From Octopus sinensis (Eukaryota), in NCBI RefSeq assembly GCF_006345805.1, contig NC_043007.1, positions 65,906,001 through 65,970,000 on the forward strand: DNA of 64,000 nt, written 5' to 3'. The position numbers and the translations under genes are program-made. The notes beneath the pieces were generated by a model that saw only the letters and a program-made list of their open reading frames with translations, was not told the origin of the DNA and ran no database searches. Positions 14,466-26,400 of this stretch are shown here, in pieces. Every line of letters begins with the position of its first letter. Within the stretch, counting starts at the first letter, position 1.

Positions 14466-15261
14466 GGTGCAATCATTATTAATAATGCAGAATATTAGTC
14501 TAAAGTAGGAACAATACATGTTTCTTATTACTTTTAATCCAATATCATCCTGGTTAAAGTCCTTTTACACCCATTTTAGAATTTTTTCTTGATTTTATTT
14601 TCTTACTGTAACTTTTATAGCTTGTTCTTTGATATATCTTTAAACAAGGACCTCGTCTCAAAGACTGATCTGTCTCTTCAGGGCCTTACTATATTTGAAC
14701 CCCTATAAAGTTGTTGTCACTCTACAAGGCACCTACATCTGAAATGCGCACAAATATTCTGGATCGTACCAGGCAAGGGCCACTCGACTGAGTAGCATCA
14801 AATGACTAACAAACACCCTGCCGGCCTGCCTTTCTATCGCTTCTAAAATGGCTTTTGTTCCTCGGATCTGACTATCTCTTACCTACTCTATTCAGATACC
14901 CCGACTCCTCGTCTCTCTCTCTCTCCCTTATCACCCTTGTTGTGTACTCCTGTGACACCGTACAAACCCCTATGGCTAGTCCTACTACAGAATATTTAAC
15001 TCTGGAATCTTTTCTCTGCCTGTATTTTTTGCGCCAGTGTTGACCTACATCCATTTAAATGGAACATTTATAGTATCAAGTTCATCGATTTTAGAGGACC
15101 TACAAAGATTCAGGTCACTAGCTCCTTCTAAATTCAGCAAGTGACAAAATACAAAACATAAAAAGGCTGACTGATTTCGGCAGAATTCCTTGTTACTGAG
15201 ATATACTTGCATAGCAAGTGACCTGATCTGAGATCGTGTGCTGGAACGAAAACAATCGCAG

Positions 15262-15396
15262 CGGGGAAGGTGTTTATAAGCCATTTAAAGAACATACAAA
15301 AACCGTTAGATTCACTTTAACATTTAAATTTTATTTGTTAAAATATTTTCGTCGCTTTGCGACCGCGACCTGTTCACTGACAAAATTCCGTGCAGC
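15262..15396 (-). repeat. ~135-bp dispersed repeat shared with 61678-61812 (hammerhead-bearing)
   Basis: Reverse complement aligns to 61678-61812 over its whole length. Confidence 0.85.
15334..15384 (-). ncRNA. Minimal type-I hammerhead fold, G3-C8 core variant (copy 1)
   Basis: Minus strand reads TTTGTCA-GTGAACA-G-GTCGC-ggtcgcaaa-GCGAC-GAAA-ATATT-T-TAACAAA. One stem I mismatch. Confidence 0.7.
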
Positions 15397-16194
15397 ACGA
15401 AATTTTCCTTGCCATTGTTACTTTTTTTTCAATTACATTTTTCTGGTGCCGTAAACTCTGACAGTTTTTAACTTCTGTTTGAAAATAAACAGCGTATACT
15501 AATGACTTCTTTTTTTTTCTACCTCCAAACTTTGTTCCTCTTTCATGTTTCTTATTTAATTGGAAATCGAGTACCTATGTGTTATTTTGTTTGTTTTTCT
15601 CTTGCATAATACACATTACCACATAACTGATACTCTACTGTAAATCTTTGTTTCTGTTTTCCAAGTCCATGAAGACAAACAATATTTTTTACTATTTTGC
15701 TTTTGTTTATTTTTTTCATTGTCTCCAAGGCACTGCTTATCAGTTTTTGAAAGGATATGTAAGCAAGTGTTAATTTGCCAAAATGAAGATGCATTACTCT
15801 ATTGTGAATATACACGCACGATTTCTTGAATCATTATCAAGAATACATCTCTGTTGATTGTATTCTTCGTTGTTCTTCTTGCACGATGCACACTTATAGT
15901 TACGGACACTTTGGTATGCATAGTTAAACTTAATGTGAAGTGATCTAGCAATATAAAGGTCCTGTTGTGAAGCGTGGTGTTATGCTTATAAAAGAAGAAT
16001 GCGATCTGTTGTTTGTATGTATGTATGTATGTATGTATGTATGTATGTATGTATGTATGTATGTATGTATGTATGTATGTATGCAAGTATGTATGTATGA
16101 ATGCTTGTATGCATTTATGTATGTATGTATGCATGTATGTATACATGTATGCATGTATGCATGTACTAATGTATGTATGCATGCATGTTATGTC

Positions 16195-16670
16195 AGGTCA
16201 CTTTCGAGTGTTACTGGTAACATGTAACCCAGTACAACCTGTTGCATGGTCGGGCCGTCGGCGTCTAAACCGGCAACCCCACCAAGCTTGCTTGGTGAGG
16301 AGGGTGTTTATTGGACACCCTGCGGGATGAAAAACAAAACCCGCCAAAGGTTGGAGGAACTCTTGAGAGTCAACGGCCATCCAATAAATGTGTATTTTTT
16401 TTTTAAGGCTTAAGGCTGTATCATGCGCGGGGACATAGAAATAATCGGACTGAATACCCGATCACGCGGTTAAACCATTGGGATTGAACGACTCCTAGCC
16501 TTTGTTAGGGCATCCTTCTAGGAGAAGATAACTCAGGTAACTGGGAACACTCCGACATAAAACCTGCGGCTCAGTGGTTACCGATGATGTTGACTTGTTC
16601 TTCTTTTCGGATTATGGCTGCTGTTGCATAGTGAGTGGGATTGACTCAGTGTACAGCCTTTCCTCACTTT
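16195..16670 (+). mobile_element. Probable RTE-clade LINE 5'UTR fragment, highly structured
   Basis: Three adjacent hairpins at 16280-16344. The motif GGGCATCCTTCTAGGAGAAGATAACTC (16508-16534) resembles RTE 5'UTR motifs as I recall them. No ORF follows. Confidence 0.45.
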
Positions 16671-17770
16671 AAAAAAAATCTTCTTGCACAGGCATTGCAC
16701 GATAGCAATATTGTTCCTGATTGTTGACAGTGCTGTGAGTCTCAACTGAATAGCTGGCAGTAGCCTTAAAAAGCAAATAAAAGTCACATTCGATCACAGC
16801 ACCAATAACAGTTAAGCTTCGTGCAATGGCCATACTCGATAACGAGGGGGCAGCCATCATGTATATATGCATGCTTGTATGCATTTATGCTTGTATGTAT
16901 GCGTGTGTGTGTATGCATGTATATATATACGTATGTATGTATGCATGTATGAATGTATGCATGTCCAGGGTACCATTTTAAACTACCTCCGATAATTGAG
17001 CTCTGGTTCGGGGATACAAAGGAGTGTGGAAGCACCTCTTAGCCACTGTTGTTCCCAGGTCTGCTCTAAATCGAAATAGTAGCGTCAGTCAGGGTTCCAG
17101 CTTTGAGATAACTAGCTTATGTGATAACAATCCCTCCAAGAATAGAGACGCAGAAATGTCCTTGATGGGTGTCAGGGTGCACAATGAAACTACCTTTCTA
17201 GGCGAGGGATATTCTGATGTAAAACCTACGGTCTTTATTAGATTACCAGTCATTTCATTTCGGCCTGTCAATAGGTACTAATCAATAGGTACTAAGCTCC
17301 GAGGGTAGTACTCATGTTGTACAAGTAGATCACTTTAATTCAGCGATATACGGATGTCTGTATATGGTGATATCATTTATCATTCCATCTTCTGAAAGTC
17401 TTATGCCGATGGAAGAATGGTGATGTGTGCATGTCTAACCAGCTGGAACCGCGCAGTAAGTTACAGCTTTCATCTGTCGTCTATGCTACATACCATGCAG
17501 ATCTCCAACTGGGAGGTCATATATGGACAATCAGAAATGCCATTGGTGACAAAGAAGCACGAGGAGGCGGCAATCATCTGAGAAGATGCCGCAACCACCA
17601 TGCATGCTTATATGTATGTACGTACGTATGTATGTATGTATGTATGTATGTATGTATGTATGTATGTATGTATGTATGTATGTATGTATGTATGTATGTA
17701 TGCATGTATGTATTTATTATATGTGTGCAAGTGCATATCTATCTATCTATCTATCTATCTTTCTATCTAG

Positions 17771-17848
<78 letters not shown>

Positions 17849-18883
17849 TTGTGTGTGTATATGTATGTTGTATGTATATACATGCATGTATCTGTGGATG
17901 TGGATGTATGCATCTGTATGTGTATATATACATATATATCTTTATATATATATATATATATATATGCATGTGTGTGCGCATGTGTGTTAGTATATATATT
18001 ATATATGCATGTGGCATGTGTATACTTATGCATGCTTGAGTGCGTGTGAAAAATTTCGCTAATTTATATCAGCAACATATTTTTTTGTCATATTTGCATT
18101 TTATTCCGTCCTTCCTTTTTCTGGCGAGTCTTGTAATTTTAATGATTTTTCCCAGAAAGTTTTATACCATTCTCTTTTTAATCCATTTAGCTATAATTAT
18201 ATTTCTTTTCCTCCTCATGGAGAATTATAACAGAGAGTTACATCCATATCTTTTGAAGTCATTGGTATTGCCTTGTTATTTCGATGAAAACAATTAAATA
18301 AAATTACCTAAATACAGGCTTGCGATACTCTATCTTACTATACTAATGAGCTTTACCATTCTCAGTTTATTTTTGGTATTTTAGTGAGAAATTTTCTTTT
18401 AAAATATTCGTTTGACTGAAAAAATTTATTAGCTGAAGTTTTCCTAAGATATTTGCACTGGGAAAGTTCAAATTTAATTTGATAAACTAATTTTAGAATC
18501 ATTATGTTACGGTGCTTTTAAATAAGCAGTTCCTTTTTATAAACTGATACATCCAGTATGTCTAAAGAATTTAGTTAAATAGCAGTGGTGTGTTCTTTCC
18601 TGAAAGGTTCCAGTTCTTTTTTTTTTTCTCTCGTTGTTCTTTGTCTTAATTTTTAAGAAGAAAGTGTTCCAGTCTTTCAGAAAACTTTACTTAAGAATTT
18701 CTTATCTATTTGTGTACAAAGCAGATATAAGCATCACTCTGTACTTTGGTGATTACTGCCTTCTACAGTAAATGACCAAAGTGCTGTGAATAAAATTTGG
18801 CAGTAGGAAATTGTATAGGGACACGTCAAATTATTCTCAAGTAGCGGGCATCAATGCATTGATTTTAATAGCATTATTATTAT

Positions 18884-19000
18884 TGAGTGAGAGGGCAGCA
18901 CATGCCGTCAAAGTGACAGTGGGGTAAAATATACGAAGCCCAATATACCCATCATGACTATCCGTCTGATAAGGGTACACTAGACACATGCATCACGACC
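18884..19000 (-). mobile_element. (TAA)n-associated repeat, 3'-end fragment
   Basis: (ATT)n-GAGTGAGAGGGCAGCACATGCC is the reverse complement of the 3' end of 22282-22806. Confidence 0.8.
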
Positions 19001-19104
19001 TTTCATCCTTTCGCCGTCGCCCAGTTGTTCAGTGGGGTAAGTGTAATCGATTAACCCTATCACCTTCAAAATTTCAGGCCTTGTGCCAAAATTTGAAACC
19101 ATTA

Positions 19105-19330
19105 TTTTGAAGGTAGTGTGCTAGCAGAGTCGATAGAGATTCTGGACATAACGCTGAGCAGTATTTCTTTTAGCTCTTTACATTCTGAGTTCATATCCAC
19201 CGAGGTCAACTTTACTTTTCCTCCTTCTGTGATCGGTAAATAGAGTAGCTTTGAAGTACTGGAGTTGATATAATAGACTCGATCCATCTCCCTCATAATT
19301 GCTAGCCTTGTGCCAAAATTAGAAAGAATT
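19105..19330 (+). mobile_element. SINE family B
   Basis: CTGAGTTCATATCCACCGAGGTCAACTTT...GCCTTGTGCCAAAATT matches other family B copies. Confidence 0.7.
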
Positions 19331-19742
19331 ACTCTAGACGAAAGGGAACACAGTACTCATGACCTCCAAGACTAGTGGGAGTAGGTTAAAAGTATCCTCC
19401 AACCGTGAACCTGGGTCCGAATGCTTGCAACAAGGAGGACATATCTAAGAGCAAAAAAGGTGACAGATGCTTGTATTACACAGTATAACGATCTACGTAA
19501 GCTAAAGACTTTTGGATTGAAGACACTTTCTGCTTTTCTTCCATTAAACGTGGTAGGTCTGAACAAAGTCATACGCGTTTTTATTCTTCCTCTAAATTAC
19601 TATTTAAAATATACGTTACAAAATATTCTCTATTAGACCTGAGCAAAAGCTGAGGCAACGATCAATTCAGACAAATCTTGCATATTCAATAAACAAGAAA
19701 TAGGAAACCGGTTAAAAAAACTTCAAAAATCAGATAGACATC

Positions 19743-19815
<73 letters not shown>

Positions 19816-20649
19816 CTATCTATCTATCTTTCTATCTGAGTCAAGTTACTGGTAGCATAAATTGGAAAATACTCTTACACGCATCCACCATTCCAGCGTT
19901 ATAAAAAACCTTGCCAACATTTTGCAAATTATTCTAACTACATTCTAACATTCATGGACTAAATTCCTACAAAAGGTTTTCTAATATAACTTCAGAAACT
20001 CAACCACATACACAAATATAAAAAAAATGTATACCTGTTTGCAAGCAAACTGAAATATAATTTTCTTTTTCTCATTCTTCATTTTTCTTTTACTAATTAA
20101 ATCATATTTTATTTTTGTTCTCATTTTTATACATGAATATATATACACATATTCTATATCGGACCCACTTTAGAATATATCTAGAAGAGAATTTTGAAGA
20201 AAATATATAAACAAACAACAAACAAATTTTGTACATAACACCTATGTACTAATCAAATTGCTTATAAAACAATGAACACCTAGAGAGAAATATATAAACA
20301 GACAACCTTTACCCAAATACTTTTATGAACATCAAGCACAAGAGAAACAGTTTTCTATACTAATAAATCCACGACACGTCTGATTAATAACCCCACCCTG
20401 ACACATAAAAACAAGAACTACCCTAAATAATAACAAGTAAAAAAAATAACCAGTCAAAAACTTTCTACCTGCTTACATTCTTTAGTGAAAAAGTCGACAC
20501 ACCCAGTTACTGAAGACTTAAATACTGGACTTTGTACCTTTGACATTTATATTGTCAAAGCAAAGGAATTAAATCCAATAATACCCCCACCCACCAAAAA
20601 AACAGCAAAAATACTGTCACGCCCTGTGTCTACCAAAAAATAAAGAGAA

Positions 20650-21021
20650 ACACCGAAATACTTCTCCTTGTACTCCTCGATCTTCTCCTTCCGTGAGTGC
20701 TGTTCTTATAATACCGAGGACTTGGTTGTGACGCCATGCATATTTGTCCAGTGCCAGCCTGCAGTTTGACAGGACATGTCTCATCGTCGCTTTCTCTCCG
20801 CATTTAAATTCATCAGCCGTTTGTATGTTCCACCGGATTAAGTTGACCGGTGATGGCAAAATGTCGAAGGTGAACTTGATCAGGAAAGATGTTCTTGCTT
20901 GTTCCAAAGCCCAAAGTTATTTCCATGTGATTTTACGACTGACCACATATTCCTCCCATCGTAAGCACTGTCTCTGTTGACTACACTGCACCAAATGCAT
21001 ATTTCATCTTTCTTTTTCCTC
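20650..21021 (-). mobile_element. HERO-type (R2 superfamily) LINE fragment, thumb to CCHC knuckle
   Basis: HLVQCSQQRQCLRWEEYVVSRKITWK*LWALEQARTSFLIKFTFDILPSPVNLIRW...CGEKATMRHVLSNCRLALDKYAWRHNQVL. Confidence 0.75.
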
Positions 21022-21743
21022 TTTGAGACCATTCCGCCCCAAATCATTATAAATGGTATTATTTTAACCTTATATCCATTCATCTGTTCAATTTCTTTTG
21101 CAAGTCTATTATACTTTTGTATTTTTGTCATTTCGACTTCGTTCAGTTTTTTTGTCGATGTTATTCCAATTTCGATTATTATTGTTTCTTCTCTTTCGTG
21201 GGCAAATATTGTAATATCGAGTTTATTGTTTTCTATATGGTTTGGTGTTATTACTGAGCTATCTACTAAAATCTTAATCTTTTCAGTTGTTGTTACCATA
21301 TCTTTTTGCACGTTTCTGATTTTCTGGGTTTTTTATGTGTTATATTGCTGTAGTAGGTCCGCAAAGATTATCTTGGTTATCTCACCACGTCTCTCTTTAT
21401 ATTTCGTGCATGCTATTTTTCCACATTGTATTGCCATATGTTCGATATTGCCGTTGTGTTTTACAATATCTGCATGCCTTTTTTCTTCCATAGTAGTTGT
21501 TTCTGTCTTGTAAATACTGTATAATATATTTATGTCTCATTGAGTATTTGCTTTGTTTTATAAATTTCAATGATTCTCTTTTTGATACTGCTCCCTCAAT
21601 CAGGTGTTTAAAGTATTCACCGTATATTACTTTGTGAGGTTGTTCCCTAATTATTTTTTCTCCTTCGTATTTTTTGTATTCATTGACATTATTGATATTA
21701 TTTTTTATGCATTCATTTTTTTATTTCCATAATATCGTAACCC

Positions 21744-21745
<2 letters not shown>
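21022..21745 (-). mobile_element. Divergent RLE-encoding LINE fragment (CCHC knuckle + restriction-like endonuclease)
   Basis: YLQDRNNYYGRKKACRYCK / NIEHMAIQCGK...YKERRGEI / NNKLDITI...IIIEIGITS...KIQKYNRLAKEIEQMNGYKVKIIPFIMIWGGMVSK. One frameshift and one stop. Confidence 0.8.
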
Positions 21746-21788
<43 letters not shown>

Positions 21789-22217
21789 GAGCATCCCCTG
21801 TGATCATAATATCTCAGCGAAAGAGTTTGACAAGCTCAGAAAATATAAAGACCTACTCATTGAAATTGAGAAAATGTGGCATCTCAAGGCGGGTTACAAT
21901 ACCAGTGATCGTAGAGCACTAGGAATGATCAAGAAGGGAACCGAAAATTATATGAGAATGATCCCTGGCTTACCATCCCTGCAAGAAGTGCAAAAGATTG
22001 TCTTAACTGGTACATCACACGTATGAGAAGAGCATTGTCGATGTGAGAACTGTTGCTGCTCATGTATTTTAATTTAACTTTAAAAAAAAAAAAAAATGAA
22101 CGAACTACTGAGTTTGGTTTAATGGCCTACCAATATTACACTATGAGTTTCTTTGCCCTAGGAGTCGGGAAGACACTCGGCAAGAAATGGAAGAAAATTT
22201 GAAAGAAGAAAAAAAAA

Positions 22218-22250
<33 letters not shown>

Positions 22251-22280
22251 TAATAATAAAAATAATAATAACAATAATAA
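21789..22280 (+). mobile_element. R4/Dong-clade LINE 3' end flanked by (TAA)n on both sides
   Basis: IPCDHNISAKEFDKLRKYKDLLIEIEKMWHLKA / TIPVIV...LGMIKKGTENYMRMIPGLPSLQEVQKIVLTGTSHV..RALSM* (stop 22044-22046), then 3'UTR and (TAA)n at 22219-22280. Confidence 0.85.
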
Positions 22281-22281
22281 T

Positions 22282-22805
22282 GGCTCTCATGGCTTCTGAT
22301 CTTAACTGATTGGAAGTGTTATGTACATTGTTTTGTCTTGGTATAAAGATGGGCTACAGCAAAATATTCTGCTCAATACCACAGATTGCTTGTCAGTTGT
22401 TTGACCTTAACCAGTTGAGCATGTCCCTTAGTGGCTGACGATATGTGCATCTCTGATCACGAGCAGAAGTAGTGGGGGAGCATCATAGCCTGTGTGAGAA
22501 GGATTCTTTGGGGTTTGAATAATTCATCTCTGGAAACATGGGTGTTTCGTTCAACGTCCTTAAACAACCCTTATTCAGGGACCTTTTGAGCGGGATGGGT
22601 TACTCGATCTGAAGAAAATTCTAATGGCTCCACCTGCAAGGTCATGTGCTGCTTATCTTGATATGAGATCACCATGTGGAGCACATATGGTTGTGATGCA
22701 TGTGCCTGGTGTACCCTTATCAGACGGGTAGTCATGATGGGTTATACTGGGCTTCGTATATTTTACCCCAGTGTCACTTTGATGGCATGCTCTGCTCGCT
22801 CACTC

Positions 22806-22806
<1 letters not shown>
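22282..22806 (+). mobile_element. ~525-bp (TAA)n-associated non-coding repeat, complete copy
   Basis: GGCTCTCATGGCTTCTGATC...CTCGCTCACTCA-(ATA)n. Six copies in the window; no ORF and no tRNA head. Confidence 0.85.
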
Positions 22807-22840
<34 letters not shown>

Positions 22841-23177
22841 TAACAATAATGATAATTTCACCTATGGTGAAATTTACCTTGCTGGAATATACCGTGGTGG
22901 AATTTATCCGTCACCGTATGTATGTATGTATGTATGTATGTATGTAGATATATATATATATAGAGAGAGAGATAGAGAGAGAGAGATAGAGAGAGGGAGA
23001 GGGAGAGAGAGAGATACATATATATATTTATATACGTATGTATGTGTATGTATTATAAATATATGTGTGTTTGTATGTGTATGTGTGTGTATAAGTATAT
23101 ACATAGTTCACAGATGAAACCCAAATATTCTCCCTATAACAGGCACGTCGTGTTTAAGAGATTTAAACTTGTGCGGG

Positions 23178-23686
23178 TATAGAGGTAAATGTGGGGCTAA
23201 ACGAATAAGACAGATCACTATATAAAGTATATTAAATACATGAAATACAAAAAATGTATATATGTATACATATAAAAAGTTACATAGAGTACACATTATA
23301 TAGAGAATTAAAGGTGTGGAGGAAAATTATTACAAATCCAACAGCTGTTTCTTAGGGATTGGTGATCCATAATAATGTTTGTAGATTGATTTCATCATAG
23401 AGTGAGATGAGCCTACGCTTTCAGGGAAGAGATCTTACATTTGAGATGTTAAAGGAGAAAATGAATCCATCTACAAACATTATTTTGGACCACCGAGCCG
23501 CCAGATACAGCTGTAGGATGTGTAATACTTTTCCTCCACCCCTTTAATTCTCTATATCATTTGTACTCTGTATAAGTTGAACCTTTTCATATGTGTACAT
23601 ATATACATTTTTCGTAGTTCATCAATTTAATATACTCTGTATATATTGATATGTCTAATTCGCTTATCCCTACATTTACCTCTATA
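23178..23686. repeat. Foldback element with ~220-bp imperfect inverted arms
   Basis: 23178-23394 is the reverse complement of 23462-23686 (roughly 80% by eye), with a ~67-bp spacer. Confidence 0.85.
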
Positions 23687-24000
23687 AGTATATACATGTG
23701 TGTGTGCGTGTGTGTGTGTGTGCGTGCGCGTGTGTGTGTGTATTACATTACACTAAAACGGTTCGTTTCAGGTGGTGAATTCTTTCGCTCGGCACCTTTT
23801 AATCGTAATGTGATATAAAATACATATCACATCGCTTCACGCACGCACACAAAATACATAAACTCGCACACATACATACACACGCACACTACACAACACA
23901 GACACACACAAACATACACTCACTTATGCGTATGTATATATTCATACAACACATACTACAACACTCTCAGATGACTACAATTATATATACATATATATAA

Positions 24001-24034
<34 letters not shown>

Positions 24035-24040
24035 GGGTGG

Positions 24041-24081
<41 letters not shown>

Positions 24082-24927
24082 TACACGCACATATTAATGA
24101 GTATTTCACTATAAATCTCCTATCCAAACACACTAAAGCTATATCATTTACTTATTAACTCCATAGCTGTATCAGCATTCATCATTACAATTACGTCTTT
24201 AATTAACATCTAATTATTGCTCTGCGCTTGATTATTTACAATAAGAAACATTCATTAGTGGCTTTATGAATAAATTAACAAATAAATAAATGAATAAACA
24301 AACAACTAAATAAATAAGCGTAAACAGCTAAACAACTTCATCCCTGAAACGAATAAACAGATAAACATAAAACAAAATAATTAGTCGACGTAATTATGAA
24401 ATGATAACCTCAGGCTGTTATAAAGCCCGCCGTTTTTCCACATGCCTTTTTCTTAATGTTAGTTTCTCAGCAAGAAAGAGACACCAGAATCTTCACAGAA
24501 TTTCTTAGAAAATACAATCATTTTTCATAAAATCCTACTTGGGATGTTGTTTCTTATCTTTTACTTGATTTAAACAGTGGACTCTGACCATGCTGGGGCA
24601 ACCGCCTTGAAGGTTTTAGTCGAACAAGTCAAACACAGTGCCTATTTTTTTTTAAAGTTTGGTACTTATTCTATCTGTCATTTATGCCGAACTGCTAAGT
24701 TACGAGGTCGTAAACAAGCCAACACCGGTTGATGGTGGTGGACAAACACAAATACGAAGACGCCTACTAACACATGCATACATACATGCACACACACATA
24801 TATATACACATTAATATATATATATGTATATATATTGTACGTATAAATATATATATATATATAACACGTTTGTTTTCGTATTTCATATTGTTTATGCAGT
24901 TGGTGACGCTCTGTACCCATATATGCA

Positions 24928-25030
<103 letters not shown>

Positions 25031-25172
25031 ATATATATATACATTTATGTACATAATTTAACGTAACAGGTACTCTTTACACTTTTAGATCGGATAAGAT
25101 CGTTAATTTAAAAATAAAATTACGATTTTATCAAGTGGTCAGCATAGAAAAAATAACCCTCAAAGGTAATAG

Positions 25173-25586
25173 TAATTAAAATTATAAATTAGGGTATCTA
25201 CGAGATACCACCATGCTGAAAATAGCAGCCATGATCTGACTCTAAAGCCACCTTAATTGTCCATATATCAACACGGAGAGAAAACAAAGAGACAAGATGA
25301 AACTACTAAAAAATTACTGGATAATTCTAGATCCCGGATTTCTAGCTTTGCATTTAGTAATGCTTTGCGTCGTCTGTAGGATACACACAGAAGAGAAACA
25401 TAAATACATATATATATAAGCACAACATACGAATACTTACATATACAAACGTATACATACATATATATGCACGTATGCATCATGACCAGTTATATGGACA
25501 ATTAAGGTGGTTTTAGAGTCAGATCATGGCTGCTATTTTCAGCATGGTGGTATCTCGTAGATGCCCATTTATAATTTTAATAATTA
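25173..25586. mobile_element. MITE-like element with ~93-bp terminal inverted repeats
   Basis: 25173-25265 and 25492-25586 are near-identical reverse complements (TCTACGAGATACCACCATGCTGAAAATAGCAGCCATGATCTGACTCTAAA). Confidence 0.85.
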
Positions 25587-25677
25587 TATTATATATATAT
25601 ATATACTCGTTTGTTTTCGTATTTCATATTGTTTATGAAGTTGGTGACGTTCTGTACCCATATATGCATTATATATG

Positions 25678-25749
<72 letters not shown>

Positions 25750-25981
25750 AAGCCAGGGAAGATGGGGATGAAAAACATTCAGGTTTTCACTTGCTCCACA
25801 AGCAGATACCCAATTTTGCAGAGAAAATCTTTACAAATTACATGAGTGTATATTAAATTATAAAAATAACAGGAAATGGAGATGTATAACAATTGGCAAT
25901 TCAAATTTAAAGTTTATTAGCATAGTAGTATATTATATTATATTCTTATAATAATACAATATAATACTGGCACCAAATTCT

Positions 25982-26400
25982 CTTTACTCTTTTACTCTTT
26001 TATTTGTTTCAGTTATTTGACTGCGGTCATGCTGGAGCACCGCTTTTAGTCGAGCAAATCGACCCCAAGACTTATTCTTTGTAAGCCTAGTACTTATTCT
26101 ATAGATCTCTTTTGTCGAACCGCTAGATTACGAGGATCTAAACACACCAACATCGTTCGTCAAGCGATGTTGGGGAGACAAACACAGACACACAAACATA
26201 TACACACACATACATATACATATATACATATATACGACGGGCTTCTTTCAGTTTCCGTCTACCAAATCCACTCACAAGGCTTTGGTCGGCCCGAGGCTAT
26301 AGTAGAATGTACTTGTCTAAGGTTCAACGCAGTAGGACTGAACCCGGAAACATGTGGTTGGTAAGCAAGCCAAGCTGCTTACCACACAGCCACTCCTGTA
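25982..26400 (-). mobile_element. SINE family A, full length
   Basis: Reverse complement of 30027-30441. Confidence 0.85.

Noticed and set aside
14640-15230. Possible degenerate LINE endonuclease fragment on the minus strand
   Set aside because: No convincing conserved motif in any frame.
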